Origin: Octopus sinensis
Taxonomy: Eukaryota
Length of the DNA: 64,000 nt
Assembly: GCF_006345805.1 (NCBI RefSeq)
Contig: NC_043000.1
Coordinates: 122,078,001 to 122,142,000 of the forward strand
Direction: 5' to 3'
The translations under genes were made by a program, and so were the position numbers. The notes under the pieces are model-generated. The model saw nothing but the letters and a program-made list of their open reading frames with translations. It ran no database searches and had not been told where the DNA came from. Shown here one piece after another: positions 51,410 through 64,000 of the stretch (position 1 is its first letter; each line of letters starts with the position of its first letter).

Positions 51410-51635
51410 GGTGAGCTGGCAGAAACGTTAGCACGCCGGGCGATATGCGTAGCCGTATTTCGCTTGTCGTTACGTTCCGAGTTCAAATTCCGCCGAGGTC
51501 GACTTTGCCTTTCATCCTTTCGGGGTCGATAAATTAAGTACCAGTTACGCACTGGAGTCGATGTAATCGACTTAATCCCTTTGTCTGTCTTTGTTTGTCT
51601 CCTCTATGTTTAACCCCTTGCGGGCAATAAAGATA
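51410..51635 (+). mobile_element. SINE family B, full length
   Basis: GGTGAGCTGGCAGAAACGTTAGCACGCCGGGCG..GAGTTCAAATTCC..core..CCCCTTGCGGGCAATAAAG. Confidence 0.85.
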
Positions 51636-51639
51636 TAAT

Positions 51640-51875
51640 ATATATTTATTTATATATATATACAGAGAGAGAGAGAGAAAGAGAGAGATTATATATATTA
51701 TATTATTATATATGTATATTATTATATATTATATATATTAATGTATAAATATATGTATATATATATATATATATGCATATATATATACATATATATATAT
51801 GTATATATTAATATGTATGATATATAATGATAGATATATATATAATAATATAATATATATAATCTATCTATATAT

Positions 51876-51921
<46 letters not shown>

Positions 51922-52070
51922 GGATATGTGTATATAAATATATATATACATTATATATATGTATATATATGTATGTATATGTATATATATACACATAGAT
52001 GGATATATGCATTTATATATATACACCTGCACACGCACGCACACAAACACACAAAAACACTCATACACAT
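51640..52070. repeat. (TA)n/(GA)n/(GATA)n/(CA)n compound microsatellite
   Basis: Direct inspection. Confidence 0.9.
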
Positions 52071-52565
52071 AACTATCCCTCTAACCCCGTTTTGCATTCG
52101 TTCCTAATATACGATTCCAGTTGTGCTTAAACTTCAAACTAATAATTTTATTATTGTCATTGTTTTTCGCGCTATATTTTTCTCACTACCGACATGTCTA
52201 TAACCCACATTTCTCTCTCCTTCTCTCACTTCTTCCCTCTCTCTCTTTCTCTATCTGCTTCTCTTGCATTGCACACTGTCTTTCTATATCTCCACCTATT
52301 CAGTCAGTTTTACAGCCAGTTCACATTCACAATCAAACAATAGCGGCAGGAAATTAATAAAACACCCACTGCTCATAGAGTCGTCATTTCATCGGGCGAA
52401 TCGGAAAACGGGTGAATGTAATGAGAACATATATGAATTGGTGAGGGTGTCAGTAAGAGGTTTTATTTCTAAAGGATACAAAATAAAAGTATTTTAACAA
52501 CATGGAAATCACACAGACGCACGCAAACACACACACACACATATATTTACATGCCTAAGTTTGCA

Positions 52566-52638
<73 letters not shown>

Positions 52639-53319
52639 ATATGTATACGTATATATGTATGTATGTATATATGTATGTATGTATGTATCTATGGTTGTAT
52701 TTGAGTGTGTCTGAGTATGAATATGTATACCTGTATTGCGAAAAACAAACAGGAACAGCGTCATCAGAAACAACATCACTAATGCCTGTAATTGGTTAAG
52801 CAATGGTAAATTTTGAAGTTAGATTGGAGAGAGAGTTTTGAATTGTAATGAAGGAAAGCATAGAAAACAACTGGAAATATATTCCATTGTTCCAAAGACA
52901 AAACATTTTTCTGTTACATATATGGATTCATGTGCGTATATAGATTTTATGAATCGTTTCAAATGAACAACACACGATCTTGCATAAAGAAAATTGGATT
53001 ACAGGAATGTCTAACGTTCGTGTGTTTCCTAACATGGATGTAGACACAAAGGTAAAACTGATGTATATATAGATGTATAATTTGTGTTGCGATCTCCCTG
53101 TGCGAAATTTGTTGAACACGCATAAAGAAAACACAAAGAAACACAACCCATACATACAAACACAATCTAGAAACACATTTATGCTTATGGCTAGAACACA
53201 TTTTGTTATGGTGTACTCAGGAGAGAAGAGTGGTACTTCTAACACATTTTAGCATCTCGAAGACTAGTAAGAGGAAGAAAAGAAGATAATCACGAACTGG
53301 AGACATATTCTAAATGGTT

Positions 53320-54060
53320 GCGACAGAACAGTCTCTGCTAATCTACCAACAACGAAAAGGTGATTTATATAGTACTCTCAACATCAATCAGGATAGGTGG
53401 GATATGAACTATGTATGCAAAGAAACTGGAGTAAATTCTGCAACGTATCCATTTCGACGATCACTTTATTCGCCAGTCCATGCCCAAGTCAGAAATAGAT
53501 GATGAGAGATGGATAATCTAGTCTGCAAGAATCGTAAGAAGTTGCAACACCCAATTCAAATCAAAACCCCTCTGGAGATTTTTATTCTGAATTAGGTGTA
53601 AAAATTAATAGGTATTGTTCACTTGGACTCCTTGGATCAATGGAAAAGTATGACCGCGGAATTTTATGATCAACAACTTGAACGCGTCAATCAAGTTTTA
53701 CTAAGAACAAAAAAAGTAAAGAACCAGCTTTACTCAAGAGAAACGGTGTTATACAAAGACATGTTAATGCAAGACCACATTCGGTGAAGATAAGCCAAGA
53801 AAGGCTAAATCCCTTAGGCTGCAGAACGGAGCTATGTCTTACTATATCTGCTCACTAGACAACATGTTCAGATACTCGCTTATTCAGGTCACTTGTTCAC
53901 TTTGTGAGTGGAAAAACATTCAAAAGCATGAAAAATAACGTAACAACTTCCCAAAATAAATTCTTCTTCGAAAGAAACAGTTTTTTTTCTTTTACTTGCT
54001 GGTTGTTTGTTTGTTTATCGAGGAATCTGAAAACTGGTTTCGTTGTTGAAAAATGCTATT
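53320..54060 (+). pseudogene. Decayed mariner transposase
   Basis: SLLIYQQRKGDLYSTLNINQDRWDMNY (SLL.R..PFL.RIVTGDEKWI-like), GIVHLDSL..MTAEFYDQQLERVNQVL, HVNARPHS (HDNARPH), SDTRLFRSLVHFVSGKTFKS (SDYHLFRSL..F..GK.F). Confidence 0.75.
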
Positions 54061-54189
54061 GCTAAAGACGCCGATTATTTTTGGGAAGAATAAATATATT
54101 TATGCTGACATTAAGTCATTATTCAAAATGCGGAATTAGTTTTCGGTGATCCTAATACACACATATATACAAGCATAATAAATAAACAC

Positions 54190-54203
54190 ACACACACAGA
54201 GGC

Positions 54204-54251
<48 letters not shown>

Positions 54252-54253
54252 TA

Positions 54254-54291
<38 letters not shown>

Positions 54292-54306
54292 ATATATATA
54301 TATATA

Positions 54307-54339
<33 letters not shown>

Positions 54340-54460
54340 CATATATATATACATATATATATATACATATACATATGTGTGTATGCATAGAAATACATAT
54401 ACACATATATACATATATACATATATGTATATATGTATGTATATATGTATGTATTTATAC
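54190..54460. repeat. (TA)n/(TACA)n array
   Basis: Direct inspection. Confidence 0.9.
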
Positions 54461-55140
54461 ATGCAGGGTGTTCGAGGTAGATTTGGTAAATTAGACACTT
54501 TGCATAAAATAGAAAGAAACGACTACATCGCACGTAAAAATGAATGTATTCTTAAAGAAATAAAAGAAAAAATAACTAGTTTATGTTTGGGAGATAAAAA
54601 TTTACCCACTAGGGCGTCAAGGTGGCCCCAGAAATTATCACATTCTTTCATCGTTGTCTCTTGAATTTTACTACCAGCTCACCTTTGATATTGCGAGCAG
54701 TGCAGTTGGTGTCTTTATCAACTCACATTTCTCCTCTCACCTTTCCCTGTTTCACTCCCCGTAACCTACCAATCCTTCCTCCAATACTACTTGCTCTCGA
54801 CATTTATTCATTTCACCTTTGAAATCGTCTGTATCATGATCTGAAACCTTACATATTCTCTACCCTGATGACGGAGGCTCAATTTATTCAAAACTGATTG
54901 CTTCTATTACGACTTTCGTACCGTGATGAATTGCATCTACCAAAATTATGATTGATTTGCGAACTCCCAGAAGCTTATAATACCTTACTTCTTCCCCCAT
55001 TAATTTTCTTTGTCGTTCGTATGCTGTACGTTTCATCTATTAGTATAAATATCCATCATCTTCATTCTTTGCTTTCTCCCGTTATCATGTATACTTAATT
55101 ATATTTATTATATTTAAATTCATATCCGATTAATTGCCTG

Positions 55141-55202
<62 letters not shown>

Positions 55203-55364
55203 TATATATATATATATATATGGTAGGTATGCATGCTATGTATGTAAGTATGTATGTAGGTAGGTAGGTTGATATATACATATAGGGAGAGAGAATCAAA
55301 GAAAGATAAACATAGATAGAAAGGAAGGAAGAAAGAGAGAGTGATATAGATAGCTAGCTAGCTA

Positions 55365-55366
55365 GC

Positions 55367-55462
<96 letters not shown>
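55365..55462. repeat. (GATA)n microsatellite
   Basis: Direct inspection; similar arrays at about 56365-56462 and 63275-63330. Confidence 0.95.
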
Positions 55463-55463
<1 letters not shown>

Positions 55464-56356
55464 TCATATATACATACATATGCATAAGAAATAATTCCCT
55501 TAAATATTAATGATATTGGATTTTCCAATATTATTTCATAATTTTTACATTGCAAATATTAAAACGTTAATAAAATACACTTGCTTATTTGTCCAAATGT
55601 GGGTGAGAATTGTGTTCAATAAGTGTCGAATCATTAAAAGTTTTGTTACTTTCGATTCTTAATTCCCAAATTGATTGCATGGATCTGAAATCTCAAATTT
55701 TAATATCAGCAAATTTCACTTAACAATATTAATATTGGAATTTGCATTTAAACCAACTACCATCAGAACTCAAACATACTTCTTAAATGATTAAGAAACA
55801 ACCCGTATCAATACTAGCAACCTTCTGCCGTCCATACTAAATATACCAGGGGCCATCTATTGATGGTGCTGTAAGTCAATCAATTGAAGCTTCCTCAATG
55901 GTTTTCCGTAAATCCCAAAGAAGCACGTAGCAATCAATTTTGCATATTAGTATATAACAATAATTCATCGTCTGAATCATGTGTCTATACGTATATTTGT
56001 TTGTGTAACTCATATAATTCCATTTCATTTGAATTAGTTTTATAGCAGTCTTTTTCATTGCATTTTGCTTAATTTATTTTGCTTATTATTGTCATTCTTT
56101 CTTTTTTTTCAATCTTACAATTACATTTTACATTCTCAAAAAAAGTCTACGCCATTCTCACGTTCAATTCTATTCAGTCACATCCCTAGCAGACATTTCA
56201 CTCTTCCATAATTCTGCACGTGCATAAAAGATATATCTTCAAGCCATTTTAATTGTGATATTGTCACTTCGTCAGACGACAGCGCGTTACAGCGTAACGT
56301 ACACATACATACGTACATACATGTATACATATATAAATATATATAAACATACATAC

Positions 56357-56448
<92 letters not shown>

Positions 56449-56844
56449 GATAGATAGATAGATATGTGTGTGTGTGTTGGAGTAATATGTGTAAGTTCAA
56501 TATTTAGCATTACTAAAAATGGCGAGGGGGAAGAGAAGTTTGCGCGCCGGACAAAATATATAGTGGCATTTCTCTTGGCTTCAAGATCTGAGTTGAAAAT
56601 CCGGAGAGATAGTCTTTGCCTTTCGCAGTCGATAAAATGATTAACAGTTGAATATTCGACGGGGCCTTTTCGTAAAAAGTTCAATCTTAGTGCTTATCAG
56701 TGTAAAGAATTATTACTTCCTCTGCAGTTTACCCCTTTTGCAGCTTACTCCCTCCGATACTATTTACGTTAATCAATTTTTTTTATATCAGAGAAATATC
56801 ATTGTTTGAATTTAAAATACCTTAAATATTACTCTCCAAAAGGG

Positions 56845-57062
56845 AGCGAGCTGGCAGAATTGCCAGCATGAAGTGCAAAATACATAGCACCATCTCGACA
56901 GTGGCACGCTCAGAGTTCAAATTCCGCCGAAGTTGATTTTGTCTGTCATCCTTCCGAGGTCGATAAAATTGACCTCGAGCACTGAGGTCGATGTAATTGC
57001 CTTCCCCCCGACGACCACCACCACCATAACCAAAACTGCTGGTCTTGTGCCAAAATTTGAAA
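56845..57062 (+). mobile_element. SINE family B, degraded
   Basis: GCGAGCTGGCAGAATTG..GAGTTCAAATTCCGCCG..TCATCCTTCCGAGGTCGATAAAAT. Confidence 0.7.
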
Positions 57063-57449
57063 CTAATTACCACTCTCCAGATATGTTTATATAATGTTGC
57101 TTATATTCGCAACTATTTCTATGGTCGTTAGTGTTTCACTTACATCTTGACTAGATGTGAGACAAAAGATGTTTTGGGAAAACTTTGATTGATTAAGTAA
57201 CAACACGATACAATAATTACGAAAAGGTTAATTATACCTGACATTAGGAAGCAGCTAAGTGAAATACAATTTAAAGAAATACATTTGAAATCAGTTAAAA
57301 TTGCAGAAATAAATATTCTAACTAAAGTAAGATATATCGCTCAATTATACAATATTAAGTATTTCTAATGTATCATAATGACTTTAACGTATATTATCTG
57401 ATAATGTAGAATAATTTTTATTTTTAAGTCGTTGGAATGTAGCCAATTT

Positions 57450-58430
<981 letters not shown>

Positions 58431-59607
58431 CATCCTCATTCAGGCTTGTTTGTATTATAAACTAAATTACTGTAATATTGCATGTATTACTGGAGGTAAA
58501 TCATAAATGGTTTTAAGTGACAAAGCAAACACTTTGATAGAACTGCCCTATTTTGAATATGAAAAACACAAAACACGATATTTCGGACAATAATTTTGTG
58601 ACCAAATAGTCAGAGTTTATATCTTGAGGTAATTAATTAACAACAAATTTAACGCCTTATTAGGTGAATTTCGCTTTTTCAGAAACAAACTAAACTTTAT
58701 AGACTATGAGCTTATAATTATAATGTCACGGACTAGGTTTCTAACAAGGGTGTGCTTGAAGGTCCATTGTGATCCGTAAAATGAACTGCAAAAACCCAAC
58801 TTATATAATCGATTAGTAGATTTAGCAGAAAATATATTTTCTTAGATAACAAAGCTTATAAATAGATTTTATTTCATAAAAAGAATTCCAATCAGGAAAA
58901 CAAAATTAATTCATAACGCTTGACTACTCCCATAAACAAAGCGGTGGCTGGTTGTCTACAAAAACTAATGATCTGCGCCATTGCCACTGGGTTTCGTTTA
59001 TTCGAAGCCAGTGATCATTGGAATTACATCTTCATAAATAACTCACAATGTCATATTTATTTAATTGTTAAGCACAAATCATCTATTTTTGGTTGAACTG
59101 GGGCAAGACAGTTTAATTTAGAGTACAATAATTGTTTCACTGACCAGCACATACAATTTCTTATTGGTTGAACAGTTATTCACGTTAAAATGGTCCAGAT
59201 AACCATTATCCCCCAAGTTTCAAAGACAAATCTACATTACGCTTAGTTGGTGCAACTAATAAAATTTACCATGAAAACTTGAATCAGAGCTGCTGCAAGA
59301 GATTTTAGTCCATTCCGACTGTGGAAATGTTACTTGATTAATGGTAACAGAATGATTATCTCAACCAACATGGACATCGATGCCTATCCTCCTCCCAAAA
59401 GAAGTCAGACAGGTAGAATTAGATAGCTTCATACTTCGCTTAATGACTGGAGAAAATATGGTTTAATAGTAACCAGTGTATGAATATAAGTTAAAGCTAG
59501 CGTAAGGGCAACTGCAAAATGTCTTGATGATGTTTCTGGTATTAAAGTTGAGTGCTATATATTAATCATAAAATAAATTATTAGTGTCAACTGGGAGTAA
59601 AATATGT

Positions 59608-59855
59608 GGTGGCGCGTGGCTAAGTGGCTAGGGTGTCAGCATCATGATCGTAAGATTGTGGTTTGGATTCCTGGACTGGGCGACGCGTTGTGTTCTTGAG
59701 CAAAACACTTCATTTCACGCTGCTCCAGTCCACTCAGCTGGCAAAAAGGAGTAACGCTGCGATGGACTGGCGTCCCGTCCAGGTGGGGAACACATCAGCC
59801 ATAGGAACCGGGAAACTGGGCCCATGAGCCTAGTTAGGCTTTAAAAGGATGCATT
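59608..59855 (+). mobile_element. SINE family C, full length
   Basis: GGCGCGTGGCTAAGTGGCTAGGG..GCGTTGTGTTCTTGAGCAAAACACTTC..GCGATGGACTGGCGTCCCGTCCAGG..GGAACCGGGAAAC. Confidence 0.85.
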
Positions 59856-60189
59856 TATTTATTTTAGGACTAAAATATAAAATATCCGTGGAAAATTTGC
59901 CTGAAGTAAGAAACACAAAAAATTTTGGTATATCAAGGAAGGAAATGGATTTATGGCATACGTTGATAGAAATTGAACAGCATCAAGTTGCATGGAATGG
60001 CTTACCATTGTTCATGTTGACTTGTGGGGCTGCCATATAACCGGAGATATTTGTGCTTACTGTGAAACTGGAGCATTTAGCAATAATTTTCGACGTAGAC
60101 CGGATGAGTTGTACATGAAGAGCGCTATACTCGATATTTCGGCAGCATAGATAAACCTGATGTAAAGTATAAATGAATATTCGTTACGA

Positions 60190-60860
60190 ACACTGCAACC
60201 ATCATGAAGCCAAACTTTTATTGTTCATCTTCCAACCTCATACATTGCATGATCTGCAAAACTTGCAGCGTACTTTACATTGGGGAAAGTAACTGTTGCC
60301 TTGCCGATTACTTCCATGAACATATTCGAAGAATTGTACTAGATATGCCAGGCCAACCTGTCGTTGCCCATACCAATGCAATAAACTAGCCAATTGCTTA
60401 CTTTGTAGTGGAATAGTAGTTTATTTCCACAAGTTTGTGGCATATTTGCACATCATGGAACCGCACATTAAAGGTGAGGGAATATATAACGTTTCATAAA
60501 TAAAATTGTTTCTTTCTATTCCTCAGCCCAAACTCAGTTCAGTAACTCCCTTTTTATATCTCTTAGTTTCTCTCTCACCTGAATTTGTCCTTCCATCTCA
60601 GCCTCCTCCACACCGTTCTTCCCTTTTACTTTTTATTTTCTCTCTTCCTCTCATTTACTTCATATTTTTTACAACTTGAGCTTCACGTAGACAAGCTCAT
60701 TACCTTCCGTTCCCCATCAGTTTCAGCCTAGCGCTCAAACAAATGATCGGGAGCCTGGAAGTTTTCATTTTTTTTTCCTGTCATCCGAACCCTGAAGAAG
60801 AACTATATCTTAATTGTTTGGTACCCTAATCTTGGTACAATTTTACTGTAGTTTCTCTCC
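60190..60860 (+). pseudogene. Penelope-like GIY-YIG endonuclease remnant plus 3' UTR/pLTR
   Basis: ORF 60204-60389 FYCSSSNLIHCMICKTCSVLYIGESNCCLADYFHEHIRRI..PGQPVVAH matches the PLE GIY-YIG pattern (FTC.SSNLIY.I.C..C..LYIGET.R.L..RF.EH); CT-rich UTR, then CCTGAAGA at about 60791. Confidence 0.8.
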
Positions 60861-61039
60861 CTATTACGAAATAATTCATGTCTCGCACACGCAGACCACC
60901 CGCAACTGAATTCTGGTTTCATCAACAATATACATGTCTATAGAAATATAAGTATAGACACATACACAACACACATACAAACATGTGCACACACCCACGC
61001 AGACACACATACACACAAACACAAAGCACACACACACAC

Positions 61040-61225
61040 ATTTGACTGCGGCCATGCTGGAACACCGCTTTTCATCACACGAATCGAATCAACCCCAGAA
61101 CTTATTCATTGTAAGCCTAGTACTTCTTCTATCGGTCTCTATTGCCGAACCACTAGTTTATGGTTACGTAAACATACCAACATCGGTTGTCAAATTATGG
61201 TGGGGTGACCAAACACTGATACACA
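61040..61225 (-). mobile_element. SINE family A tail
   Basis: ATTTGACTGCGGCCATGCTGGAACACCGC..AAGCCTAGTACT..ACATCGGTTGTC. Confidence 0.75.
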
Positions 61226-61262
61226 AGCATATACATAGACACCCTCACCTACACACACACAC

Positions 61263-61312
<50 letters not shown>

Positions 61313-61619
61313 TACATATGTATATATATACACATATATACATATATATATACATAATTTACAAAATGAGGGCAGAAGAAACATTCTAATGCCAAATATG
61401 CCGAAAAAAAGACAAAAATTGTCAAAAACCATTATAATTTATGCGTCTCGAAACAATTTTCGGCATATTTGGCATTAGAATTTTTCTTCTTTATAAATTT
61501 AACCTTTAAAGGTATTTTTTGATATGCTGGCCATTGAGAAAATTTTTTTCCCGAAAAAAATTTTTATCCTACATTAGTTATAAATTGAATCATGTTCACT
61601 TCCGGATTCTCTCACTCTG

Positions 61620-61634
61620 TATACGTATATATAC

Positions 61635-61665
<31 letters not shown>

Positions 61666-61684
61666 CATATATATATACATATAC

Positions 61685-61723
<39 letters not shown>

Positions 61724-61762
61724 ATATATATACATATATAATATATATATATATATATAACA

Positions 61763-61804
<42 letters not shown>

Positions 61805-61857
61805 CATATAATATATATATATTACATATATATATATATATATACATATATAATATA

Positions 61858-61949
<92 letters not shown>

Positions 61950-61988
61950 CATATATATATAATATACATATTATATATATATATATAC

Positions 61989-62036
<48 letters not shown>

Positions 62037-62082
62037 CATATTATATATATACATATATATATATATGCATATATATATATAC

Positions 62083-62130
<48 letters not shown>

Positions 62131-62188
62131 CATATATATATATACATATATATATATAACATATATATATATACATATATATATATAC

Positions 62189-62228
<40 letters not shown>

Positions 62229-62413
62229 GCATATATATATATACATATATAATATATATACATATATATATTATATACATATATATATAATATATATTAT
62301 ATATATATATATATATATACTATATATATATACATAATATATATATATATATATAATATATATATATATACATATATATAGATATATATATATATATATA
62401 TACATATATATAT

Positions 62414-62447
<34 letters not shown>

Positions 62448-62450
62448 ATA
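61620..62450. repeat. About 830-bp (TA)n/(TACATA)n array
   Basis: Direct inspection. Confidence 0.95.
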
Positions 62451-62451
62451 T

Positions 62452-62600
62452 GACGGGCAACTTACAAATTCTTTCTGCCAAATCCAGTCACAATTATTTA
62501 TTTGGCAAGAGACTATGCTAGAAGACACTTGCCCATGGTTTCACGTAGTGGTACTGAACCGTAATCATGTGGTTGGAAAGCAAGTAGCTTACCACACACC
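62452..62600 (-). mobile_element. SINE family A head/core
   Basis: GACGGGC..TAGAAGACACTTGCCC..CATGTGGTTGGAAAGCAAGTAGCTTACCACAC. Confidence 0.7.
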
Positions 62601-62630
62601 CACCATACATATATATATATATATATATGT

Positions 62631-62669
<39 letters not shown>

Positions 62670-63058
62670 TACATTTGTATATATACATATGTATATATAT
62701 ATATGTATGTACATATCTAATGCATGAAAGTATACGCATATATGTGTGGATACCTGAATAACAATTACACGCAGGAACACATTTATTTTCAAATGTATAA
62801 ACGAAAAAATAGTACTAAATATATGATGTTGATTTTGTAATCACATATCTTTCCGGTTGCCGATCAACCCATTATTACACGTGATTTGACATGTGTACGA
62901 ATTCATAATAACTCAGACAGTGTATGTACACGTGTATGTAAATGTAATCATAAGAATATAATTGAACACATTCATAATGAAATATGATGTGCATCTATGC
63001 GGTAGTATATTTGAGATCTTAGTTATTACGTGCATATATGTGTGCGTGTATTTATATA

Positions 63059-63103
<45 letters not shown>

Positions 63104-63274
63104 GTGTGTGTGTGTGTGTATGTATATATTTATATTTATGTATATATATATATATTATATATAATTATATATATGCACTGTGTGTAAGTATGTATATATG
63201 CATGTGCGTATAAATGTATGTGTGTATGCATAGTTTTAAAGAATAACAAAAAGGAAGAAAGGAAGATAGGTAGG

Positions 63275-63332
<58 letters not shown>

Positions 63333-64000
63333 TTTGTACGAAATACTTTCGTATTACTACACTGTATATGTGTAGTAGGTGAGGCATGCAGTTTTCTCCA
63401 CGTGTATGTGAGTATGTGCATTTGCAATGCTTCTGTGCGTGGCATGCGATCGTCTGCATTTACTTAGTATTAGCAATCTTCCACTAATTCCAACGTCAAA
63501 CGTAATTGATGTTATATCCGTCATTTGGCAAGATTCATGCAAGATGAGAGACGAGAACTGTCAAACTTATTATCCATCTTTCTGCTGGAATGAAATTAAC
63601 GTGCGAATCCATCAGCAGAATTTTGCTAAATCCGACCCCGTACGATGGAATATATTTCGAAATCTGCATTGCTGCAATTTGTCAATTATTATCTTCGGTC
63701 TAACTGACAAGTAGCTGTAATAAAACGCGGTTGCATCACATATTCCCCTTGAGATTGAACACAGTAGTCAGAGGTCATATTAAGTCTTTATATCTAAAAT
63801 ATGGTTTACTCTAAGTGTATCATAATTTTCCAAAGGCCAGCTTTTAATTCGTAACATACAAAATATGTTTCATAACAGATTTACGTTCATATACTGGCAT
63901 ATGTGAGTTATTTCATTATCTCTAAAATATGTCGAGCAATCACGATAAAGTGAAATGTTAAATGATGTTTGAAGATATAGTAAACCATTCTTTCTTAAAT

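Noticed and set aside
54865-54930. CTGATGACGGAGGCTC after a CT-rich PLE-like UTR
   Set aside because: No GAAA or complementary stem II downstream; at best a very decayed pLTR.
56255-56290. Minus-strand CTGACGA-A-GTGA caata TCAC
   Set aside because: Lacks GAAA and any stem I partner.
63427-63714. 95-aa ORF in non-repeat sequence
   Set aside because: No homology I can recognise; such lengths arise by chance in 64 kb.

Overview
AT-rich, repeat-dominated eukaryotic DNA with one 100-N scaffold gap (36408-36507). The SINE families resemble those I recall from octopus, so a cephalopod source (probably Octopus) is inferred, not proven. I could not recognise any intact host protein-coding gene; the window looks intronic or intergenic, and most track ORFs are microsatellite translations (IY/YI, HT, CV, YLSI) or transposon debris. 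Contents: at least three tRNA-derived SINE families (one carrying internal microsatellites); decayed non-LTR elements (Penelope-like RT and GIY-YIG fragments, an R4/Dong-like element, an RTE 3' end); Tc1 and mariner remnants; two copies of an 8-bp-TSD MITE; a non-autonomous Helitron; and a short LTR with a tRNA-Ser primer-binding site. The most interesting signal is RNA-level. Several unrelated short repeats fold by hand into type I hammerhead ribozymes (CUGANGA / stem II / GAAA / NUH) at 33917-33967, 34186-34235, 40433-40507, 47980-48025 and 50624-50701. One family appears to combine a Pol III tRNA-like head with the ribozyme (retrozyme/Sm-alpha-like). Several long fold-back palindromes occur; some look genuine and old, others look like assembly artefacts. 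All folds and translations were done by eye; no activity or expression is shown.
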